Shown: in pieces, positions 9,546 to 19,081 of the stretch
Numbering within the stretch: position 1 is the stretch's first letter
Layout: each line of letters starts with the position of its first letter
Origin: a virus
Length of the DNA stretch: 64,000 nt
Reading direction: 5' to 3' (one strand)
Virus record (IMG/VR): IMGVR_UViG_3300025874_000006
Location: 1-64,000 of that record
Notes under the pieces: generated by a model
Told to the model about the DNA's origin: nothing
The model's input: only the letters and a program-made list of their open reading frames with translations
The model's database searches: none
Position numbers and translations under genes: made by a program

Positions 9546-9869
9546 TTAACTAAACCTCTTTTGTATATATTTAAAAAGAGCGTATATGCTCAATCCATAA
9601 AATGCTAACACGCCCATAGGTAGAGCTATGTATGCTAACTCCCAAGGGGTTAAGAATAATACGTGCCATGTAAATTCAGCAATTGCTTCTGCGTCACCTT
9701 TGGGTTCAACTGTGTTGTTAATAGAATCCCATGCTAGTTGGTTTTCTTCTAATAGGGTATCCCATGTTTCTCTAGGAATACACATAAGGTCTGGTGGACA
9801 GATATCTTCTCTATATTCTGTCCCAATAGGATTGCCAAACATATCTAAGTTTGCGGACTCACTCGACAT
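9546..9869 (-). CDS. Hypothetical membrane protein
   Basis: ORF with C-terminal TM segment. Confidence 0.65.
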   Translation of the reverse strand: MSSESANLDMFGNPIGTEYREDICPPDLMCIPRETWDTLLEENQLAWDSINNTVEPKGDAEAIAEFTWHVLFLTPWELAYIALPMGVLAFYGLSIYALFKYIQKRFS

Positions 9870-10032
9870 CTTTCATCACCTTATAATCTTTTGGGTCACC
9901 GTTAATTATATCTTTCGCCTTATGTTCCCATATAGTAGGAAACAGACCATGCACTATACAAACAAATGCGAGTGACCACGCCCTGTACAGATGTTCGAAA
10001 TAGTTCAGTCCTATATCCCGTAGGTGTCCCAT
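9859..10032 (-). CDS. Small conserved protein (DUF6356-like)
   Basis: HL......YFEH...A......VHGLFP. Confidence 0.65.
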   Translation of the reverse strand: MGHLRDIGLNYFEHLYRAWSLAFVCIVHGLFPTIWEHKAKDIINGDPKDYKVMKDVE

Positions 10033-11537
10033 CAGAATACCTTTACACCGTATTTCTGTTCCCATAACTCAGCATCATGTTCGTCATTGACCATAGGTCT
10101 ACCGCGAATGTTGAGAGATGTGTTGAGTAACATCGGAACACCAGTTCTATCATGGTACTCTTCAATAACCTTACGGAAGATAGACTCACAGTCCTTCTTC
10201 ACGATTTGTACCCGTGCAGTCCCATCTACGTGGGTCACAGGTGCGTAGTCATGTAGTGCCTTAGAGGTGAACTGCATATGGTCATTCATAGGGCCACTGA
10301 AGTATTCTTCTGCGTACTCTTCCAGTACAGCAGGAGCAAACGGACGGTACTTCTGTCTACGTTTGATTCCGTTCACTGTATCCTGTACGTCATAACGCAC
10401 ATCTGCAATCAGGGATCTGTTACCTAATGCACGTGGCCCGAACTCTGCCTTACCGTTCGCGATACCACACACCTTGTGACTCAGTAGATGATCTACGATC
10501 TCACTAGGGTTAACCGGACGTTCGATATCGTACCCGCAGTATGGAGACCATACTAGTTTGTCTTTACCTGTTGCCTTTGCCCAAGACCTTGCAGCTGTAC
10601 CCAGACCGGAACCAGCATCCGTAGGTGAACATGCGATATGTACCTCATCGAACAGTTCGAACAGTCGTGAGTTGATTACTACATTTTGTGCACAACCACC
10701 GGAGTAACATAGTTTCTTACCATACTGCCGTGCAGTACCCATGATACCCATGATTGCATAGTCTGCAAAGTCTTGGGTCGCACGTGCGGCAACCTTATCT
10801 TCTACGGATAGAATTCTTTTCTTAAACTCTTTCCGGAACCTTAAACGATCCTGTTCTCTTTCAGACTCTGCACCCCCAATCGCAATACCCATTTCAACTT
10901 CAGGTGCGATATCTTCTAGGTCATTGTACCAACTAATTAACCAGTCAGTAATTGCTTTGGACTCTGGACATGTGTCGTGATAGGCAGACAGTCCCATTAC
11001 CACGTACTCATCTTCGAGAGGCCGTAGACCAAGGAACTTAGTAGTAAGGGTATAGACTAGACCTACCGACTTAGGGTAGTGCCATTCTTTGATTAGTTTG
11101 AAGTCGGAGTCGTAGATGACTGCTGTCTGTAACTCTCCAACTCCATCGATTGATACTAGGACAGTATCTTCCTTCGAGTCCCACGGGCGCGTGTAGAACG
11201 CAGCCGCACAGTGAGATTCGTGATGTTGGTGATGCGCATCATAAGTAGATGCTTCTGGATAAGGGAACTTTTCGAATGATTCTGAAGCTTGAATATGTTC
11301 AACTGACCGTCCAGTTGCTTCAATGCCACCACGCATATCAAACTTGATGACGTGGTCTTCGTAGAAAGACACATGGTCATCATCCCTTATCATGTCCCAT
11401 AATACATCAGGGATATTGGGGTCGTTCTTTTTCTTGGAGTATCGTTCTCCGTGCGTGGCAAAGTCTACAACACCGTCTTCGTTAATAATAGCAAGACCAG
11501 AGTCATGATAAAATTCACTGTATCCAACGTATCTCAT
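10032..11537 (-). CDS. Carbamoyltransferase (CmcH/NodU family)
   Basis: HDSG, ERYSKKK, HHESH, DGVGE, EFGPRALGNRS, RPFAP, HVDGTARVQ, NTSLN; late promoter at 11566-11573. Confidence 0.95.
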   Translation of the reverse strand: MRYVGYSEFYHDSGLAIINEDGVVDFATHGERYSKKKNDPNIPDVLWDMIRDDDHVSFYEDHVIKFDMRGGIEATGRSVEHIQASESFEKFPYPEASTYDAHHQHHESHCAAAFYTRPWDSKEDTVLVSIDGVGELQTAVIYDSDFKLIKEWHYPKSVGLVYTLTTKFLGLRPLEDEYVVMGLSAYHDTCPESKAITDWLISWYNDLEDIAPEVEMGIAIGGAESEREQDRLRFRKEFKKRILSVEDKVAARATQDFADYAIMGIMGTARQYGKKLCYSGGCAQNVVINSRLFELFDEVHIACSPTDAGSGLGTAARSWAKATGKDKLVWSPYCGYDIERPVNPSEIVDHLLSHKVCGIANGKAEFGPRALGNRSLIADVRYDVQDTVNGIKRRQKYRPFAPAVLEEYAEEYFSGPMNDHMQFTSKALHDYAPVTHVDGTARVQIVKKDCESIFRKVIEEYHDRTGVPMLLNTSLNIRGRPMVNDEHDAELWEQKYGVKVF

Positions 11538-11576
11538 TATCCACCTGTGTATCAGATTAAATTTATATTTATACCA

Positions 11577-11602
11577 AAAAAAAGGGAGTCCTAAGACTCC
11601 CA
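11577..11602 (-). terminator. Rho-independent terminator
   Basis: gggagtc-ttag-gactccc plus T run. Confidence 0.8.
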
Positions 11603-11624
11603 AAACACCACTGAACGAAACAAA

Positions 11625-12200
11625 TCACTGTCCTTTTACATAGTCGTAAATGTCTTTCCAGTTACGCATCAAAGGGAAATCTGATGTATCTTTGTTGTAT
11701 TCGTGTTGCATGACAACTGATTCAAGTCCGACCACAGCACCGGCTATAGCGTTCTCTACTTTATCTTCTACCCACAGACACCCAGTATCTTTATACTCTG
11801 CGAGTGCCTCGTCTTTGTCAGCACCAGTATCTAGGTAAACATATTTCTCAAAGACTGTAGGGCCAAACAGTTCGCACAGGTTCTTAGTACGTAGATGTTG
11901 TGCATACTCATCGTTACTCAAAGAAGTAATTGCATGGAATATATATCCTTCTTCTTCGTGTAACTTCTTAACGTACTTGATTGCATCTCTCAGAGGTGGA
12001 ACCTTACGAATCGTTGCACTCTCGTTGAACATACGACACAACTTACGTCCTTCACTTCTTTCTATTCCGAATATCTCGTTGATTTTGTACTTATCAACAT
12101 CAATCGCTTCATACCCATGACGTTTCATCCAAGCTTGGAATGAATACATCCAATCCAACAACACACCGTCACAGTCTACTAAAATTACTTTATCTTTCAC
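11625..12200 (-). CDS. HAD-family 5'(3')-deoxyribonucleotidase-like phosphatase
   Basis: LVDCDGVLLDW; WVEDK. Confidence 0.8.
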   Translation of the reverse strand: MKDKVILVDCDGVLLDWMYSFQAWMKRHGYEAIDVDKYKINEIFGIERSEGRKLCRMFNESATIRKVPPLRDAIKYVKKLHEEEGYIFHAITSLSNDEYAQHLRTKNLCELFGPTVFEKYVYLDTGADKDEALAEYKDTGCLWVEDKVENAIAGAVVGLESVVMQHEYNKDTSDFPLMRNWKDIYDYVKGQ

Positions 12201-12373
12201 GCAACCCCCTCTTCTCTAACTTTGTTCATTATAACATAAACTTCCTTGGAAGTAAACCCTTCATTTATCAGGGAGATCATTAATTCGCCCCAGTCGGGAT
12301 TCTCTAGTTGATAGATGTAGTGGTTAACTAGGTCGGTGGCCAACTCTATCTTGGTGGCATTTGAATCCTTCAT
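12197..12373 (-). CDS. Hypothetical protein
   Basis: ORF after GAGG and a TTGACA-N17-TATAAT promoter. Confidence 0.6.
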   Translation of the reverse strand: MKDSNATKIELATDLVNHYIYQLENPDWGELMISLINEGFTSKEVYVIMNKVREEGVA

Positions 12374-12447
12374 AAAAAAACCTCTCACATTTGAAGTATC
12401 ATTATACTACTATATGAGAGGTTTGTCAAGACTTATTTTGAAAATAT

Positions 12448-13299
12448 TTACGGTGGGCCCATACTTCTTTGCCAAGGGGTCGTCTTGAACCGGCGATCAC
12501 GCCAGTGACGTACCATATCAACCTTCCATTCACCACCCGTGTAGTGACAGAACCTTGCGTTCTCGAAGAACTCATGTTCGGCCGCATAGTGGGGGGAGTC
12601 GTTCCAAGTCGTATCGATAGTCTCTACATCGAAATCATGTTTCATCAACTGCGCAGAGATATAGGGTTGGTCATTCATGATAGACATGTGGAAGTCACCA
12701 GTATAACACCAGTCTTCCCAATTCATGAACTCATTACGTGCACGTAGACGTGCTTCCTTAGTCCAGAGAACAACTCCGGTATTCATTATCATTAGTTTGG
12801 ACTTTCGGTTAGGTGGCATTACAGGGACGATAGGACAGTCATGCAGTTCGAACTTTCGACAGAAGTTCATGTAATTCTCTTCGTTGCTGTCCCAAGAGTT
12901 GTACCCACCCCCATCAGCAGTAACGAAGTCCGACTCTAATACACCGTAGACTTCGGCACCCGATTCCATCACGTCAAAGATATTCTCTTCGGTATTGACC
13001 ACGATGTCTGTGTCTACGAATAGTAGGTTATCGTACTGGTCAAACATAGGGTCTAACCAGACACGTGCGCACTCGTGCAACAGTGAGGTTGAACATCCGT
13101 GACCTTTGGTAGCCACTCGTTCATCCGAGTAGATGTGAGTTGCACCAATCTTCTTTGCGTACTCTTCGAATGATGTGCGGGATATGTCCGCAACATCTTT
13201 GTACAAGGAAGAACGTGTACCGTCCCAACCTTTGATACCACCGCGAGCGTCTACTGCGTCACTCACAATCATATATTGGAATATTACATTATTCGACAT
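12448..13299 (-). CDS. Glycosyltransferase (GT-A, GT8/GT34-like)
   Basis: FVDTDI, NTGVVLW, NDQPY, WN, FCHY. Confidence 0.85.
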   Translation of the reverse strand: MSNNVIFQYMIVSDAVDARGGIKGWDGTRSSLYKDVADISRTSFEEYAKKIGATHIYSDERVATKGHGCSTSLLHECARVWLDPMFDQYDNLLFVDTDIVVNTEENIFDVMESGAEVYGVLESDFVTADGGGYNSWDSNEENYMNFCRKFELHDCPIVPVMPPNRKSKLMIMNTGVVLWTKEARLRARNEFMNWEDWCYTGDFHMSIMNDQPYISAQLMKHDFDVETIDTTWNDSPHYAAEHEFFENARFCHYTGGEWKVDMVRHWRDRRFKTTPWQRSMGPP

Positions 13300-13786
13300 T
13301 CTCTAACCTTCTCATTAGTCGTTCAGACCTAAGTCCTACTTGATGGTACCATCGCGAATCGCGTCCCTCAATAGCAGCTGTCTTCCAGTCACCTTCGAGT
13401 ACCGCAGCATACATGTTCTTGAACTTACTTAGTCTTGGTCTACCTAGGTTAAACATCATATTAACCAAGACTTGCTGTACCTCATCTGGGAAACAATCGA
13501 ACCGTTCTCCGTATAGTACACGACATTCGTTGATTGCGATGTCGAGGTCTTGTTGGAATGCCTCGCTAACTCTTTCGGGGGATATTTTCGTTCCGACTTT
13601 AGCGCCGAACTCTCCGTCACTTTCTTTAACGAGGTGTCCAACACCAAACGTTGGGTAGTTGAGGTGGTCGAGGTAAATCTCATAGACGACTCCTTCGTCA
13701 ATCTTGAGTTGGTCATATACTGCTTGTCTATTCATGGTTTGGTTCACTTTAGGTTTACACCATAGTTTACGAATTAGTTCTATCAT
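13289..13786 (-). CDS. Lysozyme/endolysin (GH24, T4 e-like)
   Basis: DEG...IYLDHLNYPTFGVGHL; NM.FNLG; DSRWYHQVG.R. Confidence 0.9.
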   Translation of the reverse strand: MIELIRKLWCKPKVNQTMNRQAVYDQLKIDEGVVYEIYLDHLNYPTFGVGHLVKESDGEFGAKVGTKISPERVSEAFQQDLDIAINECRVLYGERFDCFPDEVQQVLVNMMFNLGRPRLSKFKNMYAAVLEGDWKTAAIEGRDSRWYHQVGLRSERLMRRLENVE

Positions 13787-13986
13787 AACTTGATGGCAAG
13801 TACCACCAAGATAGACGCCAACAAAATGTTGGTCGTTAAAATTTCAAGAGCGAGTATAGTATGATACCACACCCACCTAGTCTTGTAAGCATTTTCTACT
13901 GTGATGTCATCGGGGTCTGGCCCTGAACTATCAACAATATTTTTCCCACCTGTAGGCCCTGACTTCAACCAATGTAAAAATTTCAT
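13783..13986 (-). CDS. Small membrane protein upstream of lysozyme
   Basis: C-terminal TM segment. Confidence 0.65.
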   Translation of the reverse strand: MKFLHWLKSGPTGGKNIVDSSGPDPDDITVENAYKTRWVWYHTILALEILTTNILLASILVVLAIKL

Positions 13987-13991
13987 ACAAC

Positions 13992-14234
13992 TTAAACCTT
14001 TATAGTATTGTCCTTACCAGAACCTTTTTTGATATTGCTAAGATGGTCTTGCCAATCCCTTCCGGCAAGTCTCATCGTAGACTTAACACCAGATACTATC
14101 TTAGGTGCTGAAGATGCAGGGAAATATCGTACCCATTCAGGGTTATCGACAATCCACTGGTCGTATTCGGAAATCCGGAGAAGCACTTCCGTGACCTCTC
14201 CGGTTTCTTTGTTTTTAAAATCATACTGTGGCAT
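13992..14234 (-). CDS. FmdB-like small protein
   Basis: MP.YDF.N..TGE pattern. Confidence 0.7.
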   Translation of the reverse strand: MPQYDFKNKETGEVTEVLLRISEYDQWIVDNPEWVRYFPASSAPKIVSGVKSTMRLAGRDWQDHLSNIKKGSGKDNTIKV

Positions 14235-14310
14235 TATAAGTCCATTCCAAATTATTTTCAATCACTACGACAGAAGTCTCACACACGCTTCTGAAGAGAT
14301 AATCACCTCC

Positions 14311-14481
14311 TTATCGAGAAAGTTGTTGAGTAGACGAATTCAGTATATTGTAATACTGGGCAATGGTTTCCGGTCGATAATTTCGATTACCTTGGGAATA
14401 TATTGCTTGGCGTCTGGTATCATGCACGAACTGTTGTAGTTCGGTAATATTTTGGTTCAACTGCTGTTCTTGACTCGACAT
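14311..14481 (-). CDS. Small protein (56 aa, not in ORF track)
   Basis: AAGGAG RBS; MSSQEQQLNQNITELQQFVHD...QQLSR. Confidence 0.6.
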   Translation of the reverse strand: MSSQEQQLNQNITELQQFVHDTRRQAIYSQGNRNYRPETIAQYYNILNSSTQQLSR

Positions 14482-14517
14482 AGGATTCTCCTTAGAAGTT
14501 AGTTAGTGTCGAAAAGA

Positions 14518-14949
14518 TTACTCGCGTATCAAATTTGGAAATGCCTCCTGTACTATTTTCTTGGTTATGTAACGACATGGTGGTTTCTTTGCCACCATTT
14601 TCAGAACGTACTCAGCATCCTCCGGATGAACGGATTCTAGAAGCTGGACGAATTGATTCTCTCTTTTGAATGATGGTGTTTGGTCACCTTGGCCACCCTT
14701 GATAAACTTACCGAACTGTTTATGTTGTTTGAGTAGAGTGGAAGGGGAAGACTCCGCTTTATTCGGAGTGAAAGGTGGGCGCCCTGCCGGAAGGTTGAAT
14801 TCCAGAGAATCATCGAAGGAACCTCGAAGGATATCCTTGAACGCCCAGTTGTCTTCATATTTTTTCAAAACATCTATCCGACTTTCTCTGGAACTTGCTT
14901 CTTTATATTCCTCGAAAACTTCAAAGACTTCTTTACGAAATGTTATCAT
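14518..14949 (-). CDS. Conserved T4-like myovirus protein
   Basis: F.LP.G.PP; KRE..F.QLLE..HP.DA. Confidence 0.8.
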   Translation of the reverse strand: MITFRKEVFEVFEEYKEASSRESRIDVLKKYEDNWAFKDILRGSFDDSLEFNLPAGRPPFTPNKAESSPSTLLKQHKQFGKFIKGGQGDQTPSFKRENQFVQLLESVHPEDAEYVLKMVAKKPPCRYITKKIVQEAFPNLIRE

Positions 14950-14951
14950 TA

Positions 14952-15221
14952 CTACACCTTATCAACTTTATGACACATGAAGGATTTATTGGATATGCGG
15001 ATCTCATACTTATCCACACATTTCCAAATAAACATTTTCAAGGTATCATCATATAAAATATTTAATTGTTTACTGCTATTAAGTTCTGACTTCAACATCA
15101 TAATATTAAAGTCTTTTGTTTGTACTACCTTTATATATTCATTAATTAAAAGTGCTGTGCAGCCAATCCAAAGTAAAGAGCACAGCAAGGCAGTTATTGC
15201 CACTGTGTTATACGTTTTCAT
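14952..15221 (-). CDS. Hypothetical membrane-anchored protein, late
   Basis: N-terminal TM; TATAAATA at 15245-15252. Confidence 0.6.
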   Translation of the reverse strand: MKTYNTVAITALLCSLLWIGCTALLINEYIKVVQTKDFNIMMLKSELNSSKQLNILYDDTLKMFIWKCVDKYEIRISNKSFMCHKVDKV

Positions 15222-15276
15222 TAGACTTCCCCCTTGTCTATTTTTATTTATAACCAAGGGGGTGTCTAGGGAGAAA

Positions 15277-15624
15277 TTATCTTAGACTATCCCAGTCCGA
15301 GGGGGTAGTATCATTTAAACGCAAACCAACTTGAGGAGAGTCATCGACATCCCAAGGCGGAGACAAATCTTCTTCGTCCTGTGCCCACACTGGACTTTCA
15401 AGATCAGGAATACAATCCTCTAAAGTTCTGAACAACTTGGCAAACTTAATCTCATATAGACTACGTATTCCAAGAAGCAGATTCGATATTTCGTCTGAAT
15501 GAGTAGAAGACATACCCCTAAAGAATACATCGTCCCCAACATATTCCATAATAGTATCTATGTCAGTGGTCACATTCCAACAGTTCATTATTTCTTGTTC
15601 TAAATCAAATCGGTCTTTTTTCAT
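15277..15624 (-). CDS. Hypothetical protein
   Basis: DRFDLEQ.IM.CW motif. Confidence 0.75.
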   Translation of the reverse strand: MKKDRFDLEQEIMNCWNVTTDIDTIMEYVGDDVFFRGMSSTHSDEISNLLLGIRSLYEIKFAKLFRTLEDCIPDLESPVWAQDEEDLSPPWDVDDSPQVGLRLNDTTPSDWDSLR

Positions 15625-15893
15625 TTCTCTGTCTCCAACATAATTACTTCTGAGTAAACTGAAATCTTGGTTATACTCTTATTATTAATTTTGGTTCCTA
15701 GCTCTACATAGGGGCCACCACTGGGGTCTACCATACCTAAATTTAGTAGGTCAACTCCCTCTACACCTTCCCTACCACCATACCTAAAGTGATTTAGGTC
15801 ACCTTCCAGAATGAACCTAGTGGGAGAGTCGGTGGAGACAAACTCGAATCTGTCCCCGTACCGATTTTTATATTCAGAGTTACTTTTATACAT
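15621..15893 (-). CDS. Hypothetical protein
   Basis: NRYGD...DPSGGPY motif. Confidence 0.75.
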   Translation of the reverse strand: MYKSNSEYKNRYGDRFEFVSTDSPTRFILEGDLNHFRYGGREGVEGVDLLNLGMVDPSGGPYVELGTKINNKSITKISVYSEVIMLETEK

Positions 15894-16849
15894 TATGCTA
15901 CCGCCATTTCAACTGCAAGTTCAGCTGCGCGCTTCTTCTTGACTTGGTTTGCGCCGTACCATGCAGAAGTCATTCGACCATCCGCAGTACGTCCTAATCG
16001 GTGGTCAGTTAGATACGTAACTGAGTTAAACGCCTGCCACCATGAACCACGACCATACTCAGCACCCGGCTGTGTCTCTAACAACTCATATGCCTTCTTG
16101 GCATTTGGTGCGAGGTCGTTGTATACCTTAACTTCTTCTTTCGGTGCCTGTGAAGGGAAAAGTGAGTTGTAGTATTGAATAAGAGTGTCAGCAGTGAACT
16201 GTCGTTTGGACAACAACTGAGCCATCTCTTTGTATTGGTCAAACTTCTCATGAGCAAGACCCATAGTAATCTTAACTTGGTCAGCATCAAACGCACGGCG
16301 ATGGTTAATCTTGGTTGAGTTAACCGAAGTTCCCTTTAGTGCAAGTGACAGACTGTTCATACAAGTTACACGAACCGGAGTGAATCGAACGTCAATTGAC
16401 TTACCATACTCGTGTGGATTAGAGAACAACAAGTATGAATCGACTTGGTCTCCACCAAGGATATCGAACGACTCCTTGATTTTTGCCATCGCGTAGACCA
16501 TCTTACCATCTTTCAGAGAACCCGCAGAACTCATCTCCATGTCACCGGCAGAGCAGTAATCATTGAAGAACTCGAAGGCTTGTTCGTTTTGAACGGGGTT
16601 CCAGTTACCACCGACCTGAGTCAGTACTTTGGAGTCAGTTGAACGGACGAGCGCTTCCATACCCGTAGCCACCTCTTCACCGTTGTGGTGTACGTAAGAT
16701 GGGATTTTATCTACAGTCCAATCGACACCCGCTTTCTGCATCATCTGGACAGGAGTTAGGTCATTGGACACTTCGGTACCAATACCCCAAGGACATCCAC
16801 CAACAACAGCGGAAGTTTCAATTTGCAAAATGTTATTTGATACAGTCAT
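15893..16849 (-). CDS. DUF932-family protein (phage/plasmid-like), early
   Basis: PW, AG.DW.V.K, PVQN..AF.FF, TPVRV.C.N.L, W.AFN.VT...DH. Confidence 0.85.
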   Translation of the reverse strand: MTVSNNILQIETSAVVGGCPWGIGTEVSNDLTPVQMMQKAGVDWTVDKIPSYVHHNGEEVATGMEALVRSTDSKVLTQVGGNWNPVQNEQAFEFFNDYCSAGDMEMSSAGSLKDGKMVYAMAKIKESFDILGGDQVDSYLLFSNPHEYGKSIDVRFTPVRVTCMNSLSLALKGTSVNSTKINHRRAFDADQVKITMGLAHEKFDQYKEMAQLLSKRQFTADTLIQYYNSLFPSQAPKEEVKVYNDLAPNAKKAYELLETQPGAEYGRGSWWQAFNSVTYLTDHRLGRTADGRMTSAWYGANQVKKKRAAELAVEMAVA

Positions 16850-16932
16850 AATATAGTTTCCTCATTGATTAAGTAGACATTATACACTTGTTTTCATTAC
16901 TTGTCAATACTTATTTCAAAAATAAATGAAAT

Positions 16933-17160
16933 TTATTCGGGGTGTACGTCACCACCACACCAATCCAACACCAACTCGAATGCTTCTATCTGTTTGATGA
17001 TGTACATAACATCCTGTTCAGGGTCTGAGTCAAAGATACCTATACCCTTACCCTGCCTACGTTCTTCCAAGTCGCGTTCGAAACATTCAATCATAAATCG
17101 CATTTCCGTTCGAATTATCTCATCGGTCTGGTCACTATCTAGCTCTATCGTCATAGACAT
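16933..17160 (-). CDS. Hypothetical protein
   Basis: GGAG RBS; operon context. Confidence 0.65.
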   Translation of the reverse strand: MSMTIELDSDQTDEIIRTEMRFMIECFERDLEERRQGKGIGIFDSDPEQDVMYIIKQIEAFELVLDWCGGDVHPE

Positions 17161-17338
17161 ATTTTATTCTCCATTAGAATATTAAATTAAGAAACATCTT
17201 TCTCGTATATTTCAATATTCTCTTCCGGAACATTGAGGGCAATGAGGTCACGCTTCATTTTTTCGGGGTTATCGACATTCCATACAATGTGTCTCTCCCC
17301 TAAACTGTCAATCCATTCTAGATTCATCACAGTCATGT

Positions 17339-17617
17339 TCATGCCGCAAACTCCGACTTAGGTGAGAACCGTGGGTACAATCGGAACCGTCCCTGACTAT
17401 TAATGGATTTCGTGTAGATAGTTGGTTCAGGAAGCCCTCTCTCATCTAACGCATCAAAGAACAACTGTGCATCACAGTCGCACTCTAACCATACGCTCTT
17501 GTCATTGAAGAAAGAATACTCCGAGATCTTGTTCATGAACCCTAGGTTCTCTACAGTGCGTACATCAACCTTCAGGTACGAATGGCTTGGATCAGAAATA
17601 TAAGTGATTGCTTTCAT
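17339..17617 (-). CDS. Hypothetical early protein
   Basis: SDP.H..LKV...IS.YS...LE.DCDA motif. Confidence 0.75.
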   Translation of the reverse strand: MKAITYISDPSHSYLKVDVRTVENLGFMNKISEYSFFNDKSVWLECDCDAQLFFDALDERGLPEPTIYTKSINSQGRFRLYPRFSPKSEFAA

Positions 17618-17895
17618 TACACTGACTCCTTTACTTTCATTTTAGAAGAACTATGGTCGATTATAAGGTCGCGAACACGTTCACGGTCAAGAGAGTCGCC
17701 GTGACCCCAAGACTCGTGACGAGTAGGACTAGAACAGATTTCTACATACTTAACGATAGCACGTTCAACGACTTCAACGTTCAGACCCTCAATTGGGTAT
17801 AGACCGTCATACGCATAGAACGACAGAACATAGTTGCGGAAGTTAGTGAACTCAGGGTTTTTTCTCAAACCGAAGTAATTACTAGACATAGTCAA
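17617..17895 (-). CDS. Hypothetical early protein
   Basis: GDSLDRERVRD motif; promoter upstream. Confidence 0.75.
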   Translation of the reverse strand: MTMSSNYFGLRKNPEFTNFRNYVLSFYAYDGLYPIEGLNVEVVERAIVKYVEICSSPTRHESWGHGDSLDRERVRDLIIDHSSSKMKVKESV

Positions 17896-17961
17896 ATCTC
17901 TCTATTCATTAATTTATGTACCCATTATACTAGTTTTGATAACATGATGCAAGCAGTAAAC

Positions 17962-17987
17962 GTGACCCAAACAAAGAAAATGGTCAC
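17962..17987. promoter_or_regulatory. Operator GTGACC-N14-GGTCAC, copy 2
   Basis: 9 bp upstream of -35 TTGCAT (17947-17952). Confidence 0.75.
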
Positions 17988-18215
17988 TTAGTCTACTTCT
18001 TCGATGGTGATACGGTACTTCTTACCGTTCATATCTACCACGTCCAGTCTCTTGGTAGTGGATATCATATAACCTTCTCTAGGGTCTAAGTCCATTTTCA
18101 CGTGACCTACTTCGCGGACAACACCCCCACATTCACTGTAACCATCTTCCAACATGGCTGGTCTAATAATTGTGTGTGCGATGTAATCGCAGTATGCCAT
18201 ACCATTCTTATTCAT
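17988..18215 (-). CDS. Hypothetical early protein
   Basis: ORF in coupled operon. Confidence 0.7.
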   Translation of the reverse strand: MNKNGMAYCDYIAHTIIRPAMLEDGYSECGGVVREVGHVKMDLDPREGYMISTTKRLDVVDMNGKKYRITIEEVD

Positions 18216-18718
18216 TATGCTACCTCTTTCATTTGGGAGTAATATTTAAGTGATTCTTGATAGTCCATCCAGTCGCCCTTACAGGTCTCTACCTGAGTTG
18301 AATAGTTTGACTGTTCACCGTCAAGGTGTTGTATCCAAGAAGATACCTTTCGTTTGAGAATGCCGTAAGCAGGCATGTACTCGGAATACTCGGTGGAGGA
18401 TTGTGCAACCCACTCACCTTCGGGGGTTCTCTCCATATAGATTGGAGTTTCCCAATGTTCGTGGTGGTTTGATGCATCGAAGTCGATGGCATCGATGAGG
18501 TCTTGGCTGATGATGTACTCGCCATAGTATTCATTGCTTTGGTTGATGAGTGTGGCCAACTCACTCCAGTAGGCATCATCTTGTGCCTCTGCTAGAGTAC
18601 AGTCGAAGAAGTAGGTGTTACCACCCTTCATCTTCCAATGTTGAGGGCACTGGCCCTGACCGTCCCACGCATGGGCACCATAGTTTTCACTACACTGTGT
18701 TTGAACAACAATCTTCAT
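18215..18718 (-). CDS. Hypothetical early protein
   Basis: TQ..ENYGAH.WDG.G.CPQ.WK.KGG motif. Confidence 0.8.
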   Translation of the reverse strand: MKIVVQTQCSENYGAHAWDGQGQCPQHWKMKGGNTYFFDCTLAEAQDDAYWSELATLINQSNEYYGEYIISQDLIDAIDFDASNHHEHWETPIYMERTPEGEWVAQSSTEYSEYMPAYGILKRKVSSWIQHLDGEQSNYSTQVETCKGDWMDYQESLKYYSQMKEVA

Positions 18719-18873
18719 TATACAATCTCCAAGTCAGATAAAGAGTAACCACATAGGGCAAAACCAGATACGCTATAGATAAGTGTCTCGGTAACAGTCA
18801 TAACGTTGGTTTCCAAAGAACCCACAGAAGCCATCACGAAGAAACCACCCAACAAACCTAACATCAATTTCAT
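18718..18873 (-). CDS. Small membrane early protein
   Basis: Start lies within the 39-bp repeated leader. Confidence 0.65.
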   Translation of the reverse strand: MKLMLGLLGGFFVMASVGSLETNVMTVTETLIYSVSGFALCGYSLSDLEIV

Positions 18874-19081
18874 AATTTTCTCTCTCAACTCAATTTGTAC
18901 AGACATTATACTTGTTTGTGAAACGAAAGTCAAGGTGTTTGATAGATTATTTGGTTATATAAAGCGGATAACTATGACATATTGATATAAAAACGGGGAT
19001 AATAATGCTATAAATGGCTTGTGTTTTCAAAAGAAGTATGAGATAATGTCTGTACAAATTGAGTTGAGAGAGAAAATTATG
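18871..19081. repeat. Perfect 39-bp inverted repeat (18871-18909 / 19043-19081) forming divergent early promoter and leader units
   Basis: ataatgtctgtacaaattgagttgagagagaaaattatg occurs on both strands. Confidence 0.9.

Noticed and set aside
12431-16924. ACTTATTT..AAAATA next to the -35 of two promoters (12431 and 16909)
   Set aside because: Most simply AT-rich UP elements; only two copies
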